Shown here: piece by piece, positions 26,109 to 40,109 of the stretch
Layout of the letters: each line of letters starts with the position of its first letter
Numbering within the stretch: position 1 is the first letter of the stretch
Source of the DNA: Octopus vulgaris
Taxonomy: Eukaryota
Reading direction: 5' to 3'
NCBI GenBank assembly: GCA_951406725.2
Contig: OX597817.1
Coordinates: forward strand, 109,306,001-109,370,000
Length of the DNA: 64,000 nucleotides
Position numbers and translations under genes: made by a program
Notes under the pieces: generated by a model
What the model saw: only the letters and a program-made list of their open reading frames with translations
The model's database searches: none
What the model was told of the DNA's origin: nothing

Positions 26109-29100
26109 TAATAATAGTGATGAGGACGATAAAACTGCCGTAAACGTGTGGATACCTAAGGTTACAGGTAGTAATCCGCTACCCACATAAATCCTACCAG
26201 GAATAAGACCAAACCTGAACTTTGCTTCAATAATAATAAAGTCATTACAATACTTTCTATTATAGACACCAGGCCTGAAATTTTGTGGGAAGGAGCTAGT
26301 CGATATCATCGACTACAGTGCTCAACTAGCTCTTATTTCATGAAGATAATTTGTATCAATAGTAGAATTCCGCTTTGGGCACAGTAACAAAATGGACCTG
26401 TGAATATATTTGTTAAATGTAAATCAAATCCAATAACAGCCGAAATTAAAACAGTTCCAGTTTATTTTTTTCAAGTAACAGGTATAAAATTTTTAAAAAG
26501 CCTAATTTTTTTCAAAGTTTGTTTAGTATTTTGGATAAACAAGTGTGGAAGAAATTGTTTGATATATGCAAAAAAAAATAACGAATGATCCCTGTAAGTA
26601 AAATGTACATAACATTTAGCGTATTACACACAAGATCACAACGTACAAAATTCAGAGTTTAACGTATATACGAGAAGGAGAACGAAATACAGAATCGATA
26701 AATTTTAAACAAAAGAATAATATGCTGGAACAAACTTTTGAATAGAAATTAAAGCAAAGACAATCAAAACCAAATCAATAGTATGTTAAAACAAGTCCAG
26801 AGGTATTTTAATCAACAACAAAATATTATCGACTAGTTCAGGAATATTATGGATTTTAAATGGTATGTTTACTAAAATAATATAGTGTGTAATTCAGAAG
26901 CGATTTTTTCTCACAAGTTTAACTCTAAACTGAGACGTGACTTTCTTACAGACAAAATTATAAAAGAATCCCTGATCCATGAATACAGCATAAAATTATT
27001 ACATCCCTATCGCACATTAACTCTATGCGAAAAACACGTGAACATTAAGAAAGAGAATGTGTCTTGTATAGAAAATATCAATGCAAACACTATTGTGAAT
27101 GCACGGACACGCATTATAAATGATAAGAGGATTTCAAAAACTGGGAGGAAATAACTTCATGTTGAAAATAAAACAAGTGAAGACACAGAAACAAATTTTC
27201 TATCACCTACAACTGGAAGTTTCACAAAAGAATCCAAAACAACCAAAGTACAATGTAAATACAAAATCTATCATACAAAAAACAGAAGCAAGCTCCAAAA
27301 TAACTAAATTCCCAAAAGATGGTGAATACCCCACAGAAATTCTCGACACAATAAGAGCACCGTAACACCGAGAGAGTCAATCTGAACGTTTAACAATAGA
27401 ATATGAAGCTCGACATGAAGCAGGGCTACGAGTGTTAAAATCAAGCCGGTCTATCAGAAACGTTTAAGAAAATTGAAAATCAACGTAAACATGGATAATA
27501 TGGGTGTAAATGAATATATATTTAGTCTATTTCCAAACTACCAGATCTGGATCAGAATACAGAAAATTTCGTGGTCTACAGATAAAGGAAATGTCCGGCA
27601 TTGTAACATGCGAAAAAGAAATATCACAGCAATATAATGAATTAGGTTATATAAGATAGTAAATATATTTTTTCAATAGTAAAAGTATTCTTATTTTACG
27701 AATTACTTATTAGAAACAAAATGACTAATATTTATTTTTCTTTCGTTTTCCCTGCATTATAAATAGCAGTGACTTATTCTTCGCTTATATTATTAGTGTA
27801 TACTTCAAATAAATATAGTCAAATTGTAAAGCTGTCATTACAAAAGGATAAGTTTCTGCCGTCTTTCCCATATCATCATTCTTTATATAAAGATTGCATA
27901 TACTCCGGAAATAAAGGAAAGACATTAAAATAATACGTTACCATAAAATATTTTCAATAATCAAATCTCAATCTTGTTCATTTGTCCTATACAGAGAGAT
28001 AAATGAACAAAAGTAGAACAGCAAATAATATATACACAGGTGCCAATTAATTGTTGATCTGAAAATGTATTTCATATTGTAAAGATAGAGAATTGATAAA
28101 TACTGTAGTATTAATACGGATAACAATAGTACTTATTGTGAAGAATGTTATTATCGTTATATAATTTTTCCTATTTCTTATGGCACCGAATCAAACCAAA
28201 TTTTCGGATACAAAAATATATAATTATAAATTCAACTGGCGCAATTTAAAAGTATGAAGTTGAGAGTAAAATACAAGGTGAGAGAGGGAGAGGGAGAGGG
28301 AGGGAGAGAGAGAGAGAGAGGGAGAGAGAGAAGTGTGAAGGTAAGTTTTTCAGAGATAAACAAATTTAAGTAAAATTGAATGTAAAAGGAGAAAGACGTA
28401 GAAAATGTTTAGATTTACAAACAGCGAGAATGAAAGTACAGAAATAGAACAAAGATGCAACATTAACTGAAAAGAAACCAAAAAGAGCTGGGAAATAAAA
28501 TTAATATCGGAAGCGAGAATTAGAAGATGAATGAATAGAAACTTTTGATAACAAGAGAGAATGACAAACAGAGTGAATAAAGAAATAATGATGAATGGTA
28601 TAAAGAAGAGAACGACATACACAAAACGACAATTGTTCTAACTTATATTAGACGGAAGTGGAAGTTTAGTGTGTTGACAAGGAGTAGTGAGGGTCAGGTA
28701 TTCTGGTACTACGATATTTGTTGGTTAGTAATTTACGGCGCCTATTCTTATTTAATGTAAAGACAAGTATAGACACTAGCGAAGTTTTAGAGTTTCAGGA
28801 AATTGACAAATGTTTTAGTTTCAAGCACGAAATATTTCACAATAGAAAAATAACAGAACAAACTATTTCATCTATTATTTTCTCATAAGAAAAGATGTAA
28901 GATTGAAATCAATGGCAGTTAGCTTAGTAATTGGAATCGAATATTGCATTGTTCTATCGTCAACATTAATTTCTATTAGCAGATACAAATTGTTTATGGA
29001 AAAGATACAGAGTTGACAGGATCAAGATTAGAACTCTAAATGTAGAGAATGAGATACATTTCATGCAGCATCCGCAATTCTTGTAACATTCCTTTTATTA

Positions 29101-29372
29101 AATAGGTCGATGGTTGCCTGTTTTCAGACTAGTGTAAAAATATTAGACAGATGCCAGTTTCAAAAGCATTAGAATATTGGAAGATATCTTACTACGAAAA
29201 TGTAAGGCCTTGGGTCAGACCCGTACTGATCTCAATTAACAAACACATATAAGTATAGGAGAAAATAGTTGAGATCACAAAGGCATTTTCGATAACAATA
29301 ACCACGCAATTAGAAAATAAGGCATTTAAGGCAAGTTCAATTTCAACCAGTTTTTAATAATTAGCTCTTACA

Positions 29373-29580
29373 AAGGCAGCAAACTAGCAGAATCGTTAAC
29401 AATCCGAGCTCAATGCTTGGCAGTATTCCGTCCCTCGTTACCATCTGAGTTCAAATTCCGCTGAGGTTGTCGTTGCCATTCGGGACGGCTAAAATAAAGT
29501 ACCAGTTGAGCACTGGGGTCGATGCAGTTGACTTACCCCTATCCCAAAAGTATTGGCTTCGTGTCAAAAATTTGAAACCA
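29373..29580 (+). mobile_element. SINE family B, degenerate copy
   Basis: AAGGCAGCAAACTAGCAGAATCGTTA...CTGAGTTCAAATTCCG...AAGTACCAGTTGAGCACTGGGGTCGATG matches 52402-52636. Confidence 0.75.
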
Positions 29581-30381
29581 ATATGTAGCTCTTATATATA
29601 ATACATACACAAAATATGCGTAACGGCATCAGCGCCAAGCATTAATTAAGAATAAAATGATTTCAGGTTAATCAAAATATGTTTGTGACATATTCATCGC
29701 AGTAACCGTGACAAGAAAAATTCTCGCTTAGGGTAAATGATATAAATATAAAATATCTGCCCACTGCTTCCCCTATTCGATTCTCAGGGGGCCATTTCTG
29801 GCTCTTTAGATTTCTTCAATGGGAAATACCGAAGAAAGACAACCAAGAGCAGATTGAAAGCAGTAACCTAAACTAAAAGAGTCAACGTTAATGACTGAGT
29901 TGCACTATGGCACCGCTTTTTTTGGGATAAATATAACAGCAACAGTACCAAGAACTTTAGTGAGTGAAAATATGTTTGGCATATTATAACTTTTAGAGGC
30001 AAGTACACAGCGGCTACCTTGGAGGAAAAATTCTTTCTTTTGGTAAATTTCATATATAGTGTCTATTAGTGCGTGAACGCACGTAGGCTAACAGGTATGC
30101 TGCCGGAATAATAAAGAAAGGTTGCGAATTCGATTTCCATACCAAGTAGTAGAATCTATGATTGAGCAAGGCACTTTGCTTCACACAGTTCCTATCACCT
30201 CAGGGAAAAAATAAGTACCAGCCCATTGCTGGTGAAATCACCTGCCTTTCCAGCAGTTACATACTGGATGTCCCACTGCGTTGTAGGCATCGAAAGAAAC
30301 TGGCAAAAAAGTAGAATGTAAAACCAAGTCACACTCGTTTGCAAGTTGCAGATATGCCAGACTCTGTTCATGTAATTATGC

Positions 30382-30441
<60 letters not shown>

Positions 30442-30544
30442 CAATGTATGTATGTATGTATGTATGTATGTGTGAAAGTATGTATATATATATATATATA
30501 TACATACATACATACATACATACATACATACATACACACATAAA

Positions 30545-30870
30545 GGGTAAAGACCCCCTTCGGTCATGAATGACCATGGGATTGCACCTAGAAAGTTACC
30601 CTCCTAGACACAAGTCTGGGCAAGGTTGTTTATGGAAGACCAGCAGTCGCCCATGCATACCAGCCTCCTCTCTCCACGCCACCAGTGTTATCCAAGGGAA
30701 AGACAAAGGTCGATACAGCTTGGAACCAGTGACGTCGCAACTCATTTCTACAGCTGAGTGAACTGGAGCAACGTGAAATAAAGTGCCTTGCTCAAGAACA
30801 CAACACGCAGCCCGGTCCGGGATTCGAGCTCACAACCTCACGATCGTAAGCTCGACGCTCTAACCACTGA
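30545..30870 (-). mobile_element. tRNA-derived SINE, family C
   Basis: Minus strand TCAGTGGTTAGAGCG (A box), GAGCTCGAATCCC (B box), then central TTGTGTTCTTGAGCAAGGCACTTTATTTCACGTTGCTCCAGTTCACTCAGCTG, which is shared with family D. Confidence 0.85.
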
Positions 30871-31210
30871 ACATACACACATACATATGCATATATACCC
30901 ATACATATATTACTTTTGATCTAATATCTATTCGATCAGGCCTAACCGTTGACTAAATCACAATAATACCAGCAACAACAACCCAAAATAGAATATAGTT
31001 TGTAAGTTGTTTCAAAAGAATCTTTAAAAATATAATGCAATATTTTATACATTCTTCGAAATGTATTTAATTCAGTTAAATTAATTGAAATTTCGCACGC
31101 AACATAACTTTGCTTCATAATATAAAATCGATTACATTACAGTTATGATGTTTAAATTGCATATTCTATTCTAGGATGTAAAAAGAGATCTGAACATACC
31201 TTACTTTTCG

Positions 31211-31261
<51 letters not shown>

Positions 31262-32254
31262 CATAGATATGCATATATACACACACTCATGCACGCACAC
31301 GCACACACAAACACACAAATATATATGCATATATATGTGTATATATATATAAATACATACATATATATATATAATCTTTTATTTTATATATTATTTTATA
31401 TTTTATCAAGCTAGATAGATATAAATGTATATAAGTCTATTCACTCCATTGATCTCATCTGTGATCGTTATATCTCATTGCCATATTAAATTATGAATTC
31501 AAACAAATGTTGGTAACTATTTTTAAAAACGAAAATTGCGGCTCATGATATGCATAAGTTTTTCTAAATAATTAAGATGCATTCTCGCTTATGAGTTTTG
31601 CCGATACAAGCAAAAGTATTGATATACAACACAGTTTTGTCGAGATTTTTTAATTGGGAATTCATTTATCTTATAACCTATCGTAACTGAAATGCATGTC
31701 GTTAAATTATACGTAGACATTACTATGCTCAATACCAGATTATCGTATCTAAAGCTTTGATAAATTCGAAGAACCAGGAAACGATCTACTGTTATGACGC
31801 AAATGTCTCATCTAAAACTCTGGATATCAATCTGATATTTGGAATTATATCTTTAATCTATGATTACTGATTTTTTTTACAGCATAACATTCATGCAAAA
31901 ATTAGTATAAGGTAATTGTTCGGATAATTTTTGGTGTTTGGATTTTTCTCTAATGGTGATTAAAATACATGGAGTATTTTTATGACTGGTCTTGTTTCTA
32001 AATGGATTTCTAGTCAATTTGTGTCCCATTCGAAGTAATCTGAAATTTTGTCTCTCCAATGCTGTGTTCTTTGTTTAATGTAGATATTGTAACTCTAGAT
32101 GGGTTATTTGCACAATTCGAAGATTATCATAAAAGATAGCATCCGACAATCGTTCTATAAATATCAGATACATGACTCCCACATAACTCTAATACTAGAT
32201 ATTCGTTACATTGTACATATGTGCAGTACCCTCAATAACTACTGTCACTTCGAC

Positions 32255-32500
32255 GCCTACGATGACGGAGGTTCCATTTGCGCATGAGATGAACGTGCAA
32301 GTGGCTGAGCACTCCATAGACACGCGTACCTCTTCCCATACTCGTCAGGGAGATTCAGCGTGACTTAGGGTTTGACAAATCTGACCCCTTGAAATACAGG
32401 TACAACTCATTTTTGCTAGCCGAGTGGACTGGAGCAACATGAAATAAAGTGTCTTCCTCAAGGACACAAAGCGAATACCCTAACCATTAAGGCATGCGCC
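32255..32500 (-). mobile_element. SINE family D
   Basis: Shares AACGTGCAAGTGGCTGAGCACT...GACTGGAGC...GAAATAAAGTG...AAGGACACA with 51240-51532. Confidence 0.75.
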
Positions 32501-33164
32501 TCACATACGTCTATAACTAGTAATTGTGCATGCAACGTTATCCAAACGATACAGTTGCATTGTATACAAACAGATAAAGAGATACTTCTGTAAAAAGCGA
32601 TACAAACACTTCAATAAGTGGAATGTTTTATATTCTGAGAAATGTAACGTTTAGGAGAGTTATGCGGGTCGGAGAGAAGAATTAATAAAAGCATTTTGAA
32701 AATAGATAATGCATAACAAATAGTGATAGATTGTGGAGAAAGGCACGGTACTGCACTGGGTGGAGCGGTAAAAACGCTGGATAAAGAAATTAGTATGTCA
32801 TTAGGAATGTGCTTCTGTGAGATACAAGTTTACTGGAATAAAAATATGGATCAAATACGCGTCTAAAACATGCAAGCAATCAATCATTCTCTTGAACGAG
32901 ATCCCAATGATTTGGTTGTTGGCAGCCTATCAATGATCTGCCAATGTAAATATTAGGACATTTATCCTATTATGAATTTGTTACCGGCGAATATATAATG
33001 TATGCGTGCATTCGTACATCACTATATATGTATGTAAGTCTTACATATCGTGCTCAATGCATCAGAGTAAATACTAACTGTATAGATAATTTTATATTAT
33101 ATACATATATACATCCATACGTACATACATACATATAATTATACAGGCGTACATATCTGTCGTC

Positions 33165-33382
33165 TTTTATCTTTTACTTGTTTCAGTCATTTGACTGCAG
33201 CCACACTGGAGCACCGTCTATACTCGAACAAATGGACCCTGAGTCTCATTTTTTGTAAGCCTAGTACTTATTTTATTGGCTTCTTATGCCGAACCGCTAA
33301 GTTACGGGAACCTAAACACACCAGCATCGGTGTCAAGCGATGATAGGGGAACAAACACAGACACAAAAATACATAGATACGT

Positions 33383-33434
<52 letters not shown>

Positions 33435-33590
33435 ACGTATCTCTATATATATATATGTATATATATATATATGTATATATAACCATGTGGTCTGGGTTCT
33501 GTCATACAGCAAGGTACTTTCTGCAAGTGTCTTCCACTATAACCCCAGGTCGACCAATGCTTGGTAAACAGAAACTGAAAGAAGGCCCTA
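33165..33590. mobile_element. SINE family A with its two halves in opposite orientation around a (TA)n run
   Basis: 33165-33365 is the tail in minus orientation; 33481-33590 is the head/core in plus orientation. Confidence 0.75.
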
Positions 33591-33602
33591 GTATACACAT
33601 GT

Positions 33603-33638
<36 letters not shown>

Positions 33639-33679
33639 ATATGTTTGTCTTTGTGTGCGTATATGTGTATGTATACATA

Positions 33680-34931
33680 AAGGGGTTGGGCAGAATAATG
33701 GAAACACCTAACATCAATGCATCATAATGTTGAAATATCTATAAAACCATCAAAAGCATCTTTATTTTTATGATTTTTTTATTTATTCTTAGTGTTGCTT
33801 AATATGTTTTGCTATAATTGTTGTTTGTTTTCAGATATCATCAGAAAAAGTTAATTAAAATTCATCAACATGACAGATCTAGCGGACTTTCAAAGAGCTC
33901 AAATTGTTGGAGCTCTTATGGCAGGCGATAGCGTAACGTAAACAGCTGAAATGCTTAGTGTATCAGGAAGTACTGTCTCGTAAGTAATGACAGCTTTTGA
34001 GAGAGAGCGAATAACCTCCTCGTCAAAACAAAACTCCGGAAGAAAAGCAAGACTCTGTGATAGGAACCGTCGGACTCTTACGCGAATTGTTAGAGAGGAT
34101 CACAAAATTACAGCTCCCAAAACTACTGCCGAGTTTAATGACCACCTCGAGAACTCAGTTTCCACAAAAACTGTTTACCAGGAACTGCACAAAGCCGGAT
34201 TTCACGAGAGGGCTGCAATCAGAAAACCACTACTTTCAAAAACAATCGTTGCAAAGTGTTTCGAATGGAGTAAAAACCTATAGAATTGGTCCCTAGAGTA
34301 TTGGAAGAATGTTATTATCTCGGACGAGTCATCATCCTTTACATTATTTCCGACCACCGGCCAAGTATACCTGTGGAGGCTTCCAAAAGAAGCATTTGAC
34401 CCAGACTGTCTTCTTCCAATTATTAAACATGGAGGAGGATCTGTGATGATCTGGGGGGCTATATCTTGGAAATCCGCCGTCCCAAGGGTTTCCCTTCATT
34501 GCAGAATTAATAGTCAAGATTATTCATCCTATGGTTACGGAAATGTTTCCGGGGGGAAACGCAATCTTTCCGGATGATAATGCACCAAATCACACAGCTA
34601 AAGTTGTTACTGAATGGCACGAGGAACATTCTAGTGGAGTTGAACATCTTATCTGGCCGCCACAGTCCCCAGATCTCAATATTATTGAACATTTATGGGG
34701 CATATTAAAAAAACAAGTAAGGAGCCGATATCTATCACCATCATCACTACAAGAACTGGAGACTGTTTTAGCCGAAAAATGGACAAAAATTCCATTGGAA
34801 GCAATTCAAACTTAGTACGACTCCATATTTCGTAGAATTCAAGCTGTAATTACTGCCAAAGTCGGTCCTGCCACATATTAAAATAAATTTGTTCGAAATT
34901 TTAATGTTTCCATTATTTTGTCCATCCCCTG
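33680..34931 (+). mobile_element. Full-length defective Tc1-like (DD34E) transposon
   Basis: TIRs AAGGGGTTGGGCAGAATAATGGAAACA and TGTTTCCATTATTTTGTCCATCCCCTG with TA flanks. Motifs NSGRK, RAAIRKPLL, VIISDES, KHGGGSVMIWG, DDNAPNH and WPPQSPDLNIIEHLW. Confidence 0.93.
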
Positions 34932-34971
34932 TATATATAAATTTCCGTCGTCACAATTTATACATACACAT

Positions 34972-35012
<41 letters not shown>

Positions 35013-35514
35013 TCATATATCGTGTCACTATACATATATACACACACGGCACATGAATACACATATCAAAATAACAGAAACAGACCCAGACGACATAATT
35101 CGAGGTTATAAATCAACCGATATAACAGTAAAACGCCATAGTTAGAATATATTCTAAGTGACAGTTTACCTACATATGTCTCTTGGCTACAAACCTACAC
35201 ACATATACACATACACACACACACATACGTACATATATATTTGAGTTAGAGGATTTCGTGATACGGTACAATGATGGCCTTTGCGGTAACTCTTATAAAT
35301 TGTAAGAATTTAAAGAAGTGCAATTGCCAAAGTCTCATATGCGAGACACACCGACGAAGATAGGATGGGAGATGAAGAGAGGATGAGGATGGCATGAAGA
35401 GTGTTTATGGCTCAAGTGGGAGATGTAGGTACGAAGTGCTCATGAACTTGGTAGTCCTACAACTAACTGTCATTTCCTCCTACGTCACATCTTAAGTCCT
35501 TTTTCCCGAATACA

Positions 35515-35990
35515 AAAGGGACTTACACACCAGACAAGATATACAATATTGACGAAACTGTTCCTTTCTGGCTGTCCTTACCAACTCAACGTTTGTTTCT
35601 CGAGAAGGAAATGACACCGGTATTTAACGTTTCTAAAAATCATCCTACGCTTCTTCACGAAAACAACACCGATGGTGATATAAAATTAAAGTCCTTACCC
35701 ATTTATATTTACAAAAATCCAATGGCTTTCAAGTGTTACGCAAAGTTTTATTCACGCAAATTTTTATTTGGTGATCAAATAAGAAGGCCCTGGCTGACTA
35801 GGAACGTTTTCGAAGAATGGTTTTTAAATATTTGTGATCTGCTGTAGATATAATGTTTATAACAGAGTATTGTTTATTTTAGACAATGCACCGAATCACC
35901 CAGTTCACTTACATGGATTTTCGGATGATGCAACAGTACGATATCTCCAAGAATATAACTCTTTGCTGCAGCCAATTACCAGAAAACTTT
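35515..35990 (+). mobile_element. pogo/Tigger-like (DDE_1) transposase remnant
   Basis: YTPDKIYNIDETVPFW, DGDIKLKSLPIYIYKNPMAFK (ORF 35593-35847), WLTRNVFEEWF, ILDNAPNHP, LLQP. Confidence 0.8.
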
Positions 35991-37859
35991 CGAACAACTT
36001 GTGAAATCAGATCACAGAGATTATACATACGCATATATTGATGATAAATATATGTGAGTATATGGATGCGTGTGTGAGTGTGTGTCCGTGTGTCTATGTA
36101 TGCGTGTGTGCCCATGTGAATGCGTGTATTCATACACACACGTATATATCGATAAACCGATAGAGAGATAGATATCTATATACGTAGATTTTGACATCGA
36201 GAGAGAAACAGAAAAGCACGTATGTATAAATTCACAGAAATATGAATATCTGCGCATGTGAATGTGCGTGCATGTGCGTGGGTCTCTGTATGAGCGAAAT
36301 CCGCTTTAATGCCTCTTATCTATGATGCCTGATATAAAAATATATAGCTATCAAGTCTTTCTATAAACGTTGAAAATAAATATTCTTTCGGGAACGCAAA
36401 TCATGCGAAATACTCTAATTACTTCTATTACTATCCAAGTCTGTGTCTGACTTTCCTTTGAAGTATTGCAAATGAATATATTTGTTAGTGTACAGCTATA
36501 GTTTTATTGCAACCAAATAACGTGCTTCTTCTGTATTAATAATTCCTATTACTATGAAATGCTTAGCCGTAAATATATTTTTAACATGTTTGTGGAACTC
36601 TTTCTAAATCTCTACGTTTATATAAGACAAAAACTGGATTTAATAAGTGTATAGACTCCGTACTATGTTTCCCATTGTTTTTAGACCCAGAATATTACTT
36701 TTGGAACTATGTATCTATTGCTGCTTTTTCGTACATATTTGTAATAGTTCTGTCGATGAAAACAAAATGTGTTCGCATTCCAAGAAAACCACGATTCATT
36801 TTAATCTAGTATTAATAACATTATGAAGAAAGCTTGCTAATGTATTTAAATACGATCCTTATCTTAGTGGAATCATTATATCAAATATAAATGGTACATC
36901 AATGATCAGTAATTTTATGATCGCTGCTAACAAAGAGGACAAATCAAGTCCATGATTGATTAGTTTTCTACTCATAAATATATTTTTCTTATGCTAATTA
37001 AATGAAACTAATCTGGTTTAATATCTTTTATTCATGCTTATTGATTGGGGTTTTAGTATCTTTTAGGGTCACGTTTCCTACAAATCGTTATGTCTTTGAC
37101 ATAATTATTTGGCTATTTGTTGTTGACGTATGCGGCATGTTCTTACCATACTGCCCTTTAGATGAGAGTTGCATACTACTGCACAATACTGCAGAATGGA
37201 AACATTAGTTCAATATATGCCTTTCCTATTACTGCTGTAGCACCCAGTCACAAATATGTAAGCTATAGATATTACTGTCATTACGTTAATTATCCTCCGT
37301 GATTTCTATTGGTTTAAATAATACATGCACCGAAGTGAACTTATACAATTCACACCAGCCTCGACTGTCTGATTTTATTTCAATGGATTTCCGTAATTCT
37401 AAGACTGTAGGGTTTGATGTGAAGTAAATACACATGTTACGCGAAGCATTGATGTTAAATTGACAAACCTTAAGTTTAGTTGAAATATGTTTGGGGCATC
37501 TTTCATGTATAAAATGCCATTTTCAATTTAGGCAAAAGTGGAATACACTAAAGTCATTTCAGATGGCTCCTTGTGGACTGGTATATATAGAACGGTATAA
37601 AGCCCCCTAAGCCTTCATCCGTATTAGATACTAAGTGAACAAATACAAAATGACTACCAGTCTTGGCTTCCTTACAGGAGTCCAGAATGTCAAAGCAACG
37701 GCTGTGGCAGCAATGCCAGTACAAAATATAAAGATTGGTACATGATGCGGTGACGTGAAATAAACGAAATTTTATATCAGCTCAGATACGTTTGGGACAT
37801 ATTTGACCAATAACACCGTGACTCGACATTGGAGATTACGTTAACATGTGAGGCCGGCT

Positions 37860-38212
37860 GCGTTCTTTCGTTCGCTCGACTGAGACGACAACGGATCCGG
37901 CGCCTTTCATGGAAACTTTCTACCGCTTCTTAGGACCGACTAACCCGTGCTCAACCGTCATTGGCAAGGAAACCATCACCACTTCGGTCCTCAAAGGTCT
38001 CGTTGAAATATGTGCAACTACCACCCGGATCTGCATCGACGGTTGGCTTCACCAAGGCTCACACCTACAGTTTCCACGCTCACTGCAGTATCAACATACA
38101 CGACCGAGCACCGGAAAGTCGCCTCACCCGCGATCGAACAACCTGCCACCTGGCCTGTCCGACATCGGTCACTCGCTCCAGTACCATCCATTTTCACGAC
38201 CAGTCGATACGT
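37860..38212 (-). pseudogene. Diverged 28S (LSU) rRNA fragment, i.e. an rDNA pseudogene
   Basis: The plus strand reads CTTAGGACCGACTAACCCGTG.TCAAC...CCACTTCGG.CCTCAAAG.TCTCGTT.AAATAT.TGC.ACTACCACC..GATCTGCA and CGCTCCAG..CCATCCATTTTCA, the antisense of conserved eukaryotic 28S segments. It is a GC-rich island in AT-rich surroundings. Confidence 0.88.
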
Positions 38213-39185
38213 GAAAATGTGTCAAACATAACCAAAGGTGTTGCCTTATATTGTTGGTCTACTTGATGTATTAGATTTTACTCAAGGATTTTTCTGTCTT
38301 TTTCTCTTTTTGTTTTAACCACTCTGGCTCTGCATATTTCATCTCCTATCTCTACAACCCTCTGCTGCTGTTTGCGTTCATTCACTATCTTTTCCTGTGC
38401 AGCTGCAATCAGGCCATCCGATTAACAGAGTTATGTTTTGATGAGAACCTAATAACAGTGATTCCCATGGATTTGTAGATGGCTTTCACTTTTCCGGTCA
38501 CCGTAGAATACAATCTTGATGGTCATAGTCACCATACAGACTACATATGCCACCCGGCGAAGTTGTCATTCCAGTATGATAGAGTGAACACCAGACATAT
38601 ATATAATCTGCAAGGCCCTCTGCTTGGCGAATAATTTCACCAAAAAGATTCATTATAGATCGTAGGTTCATCAGCTGTTTTGATATACCGATGGTACAGT
38701 ATGTAAGTTTCAGCAGAACACAGTACCAGAGAGTACAACTGTTCATTTCACTGTGCATTTTGTTGACAGTTTATTTTTTTCCACAGTTGATCATTAAACA
38801 CCGTGTAAGTAAGCGAAACTGTTTGCATACACAGATCCACAAACACGACCACATCCAGGCTTTTGTCGTATTAATATTTTGAAATACAGAGTAAAGCATA
38901 ACAACGTCTATGAAATTTATAGGATATGATTCAGGTAACTCTAACACTCATGTATAGTGTATTTTCATAGAATAAATATATTTTCAAGTATATACTGTAT
39001 TTTAATGTCTTAGGAATATATTTACAGATATCTAACACAGTCTGCTAACGAACAAGAACTGGGTCCCCAAAGAAATATAAGATTTCTGCACAAAAGTAAA
39101 CTTAATAGTAGAATTATTAAGTAGTAAAATATAACATTTTAAGATCGGTAATGAAAGAATGTATGCGTTCGTAACGACGGAGAGA

Positions 39186-39228
39186 CAGGTAGGTAGGTAG
39201 GTAGGTAGGTAGGAAGATAGATAGATAT

Positions 39229-39302
<74 letters not shown>
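39186..39302. repeat. (GGTA)n/(GATA)n microsatellite
   Basis: Direct reading. Confidence 0.95.
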
Positions 39303-39303
<1 letters not shown>

Positions 39304-39880
39304 TATCTTTTGATGGGAGCGCTAAATAATTGCCTGGTACTCGGCTCCACGTGGAATTTTTTTTACCTCTAAAATGAAAATTATTCTGTTCTCTGCTAAA
39401 ATCACTGAGAAACGTTTCAAATTATATATATTACATTGGAATAGTGTGTAATTTCGGGAAATGGATCTACAACGTGAAAATAATATTCAATTGAACAAAT
39501 TATTGACAGACCTGGTAGATTCCTTTCAGAGTTTTGCTAAATTAGTTTAAAATAAAGTCATTTATATTCTGTACCTTACAAACTATTCGTTAGATATCAT
39601 TGCTGTATAAGATATATTCTTTGCTGTTGGAGTTCATCATATTTAATTTGCTCTTGAATCATTCTCTTTATGTATTCTAGAATATAATCATACCAATGAT
39701 TAATTATCTATGCATATATAATTACTATATACATATTTCTTTCAAATGTAACATATATACACAGTATTTTACCTACAGTGTTGAAGACCGCACCCTCACA
39801 CTTTCATGCTTAGGTTCCCTTAAACGCGTGCACACATAAATAAATAAATATATATATATATACTTACATACATACATACA

Positions 39881-39950
<70 letters not shown>

Positions 39951-39956
39951 TACACA

Positions 39957-39990
39957 CACTAGCAATGCATCCCGGCGTTGCGCGGGTGTT
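39957..39990 (+). mobile_element. Possible Helentron/HINE-like terminal remnant
   Basis: ACTAGCAATGCATCCCGGCGTTGCGCGGGT: an ACTAG start followed by a short CCCG...CGGG hairpin; only the terminus is recognisable. Confidence 0.4.
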
Positions 39991-40109
39991 ATGACCTACA
40001 TCCAAATTGTCTTATTTGTTACTTTCTTATGAGCAGAATCTGCACACGACGAGTATGAAGCAAATAACTCTTTATAAACATGTTTTTCAATCATTTTCTG
40101 ATGAACAAC

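Noticed and set aside
25109-26116. Repeat-spacer-like alternation suggestive of a CRISPR array
   Set aside because: The repeats are AAT microsatellites and the spacers are homologous LINE ends; the context is eukaryotic and there are no cas genes.
30790-30870. tRNA-like sequence on the minus strand
   Set aside because: It is the head of a SINE and runs directly into the SINE core; no complete acceptor stem.
31780-32100. Possible minus-strand GIY-YIG remnant (SIGETK)
   Set aside because: Too degenerate to support by eye.
38625-38680. Minus-strand CTGATGA-ACC...GGT-GAAA hammerhead-like match
   Set aside because: Neither stem I nor stem III can form.
38403-38702. Possible exon between a pyrimidine-rich CAG and GTAAGT, containing an LRR-like peptide LTELCFDENLITVIP
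   Set aside because: All three frames contain stops and the motif occurs once; no supporting neighbouring exons.
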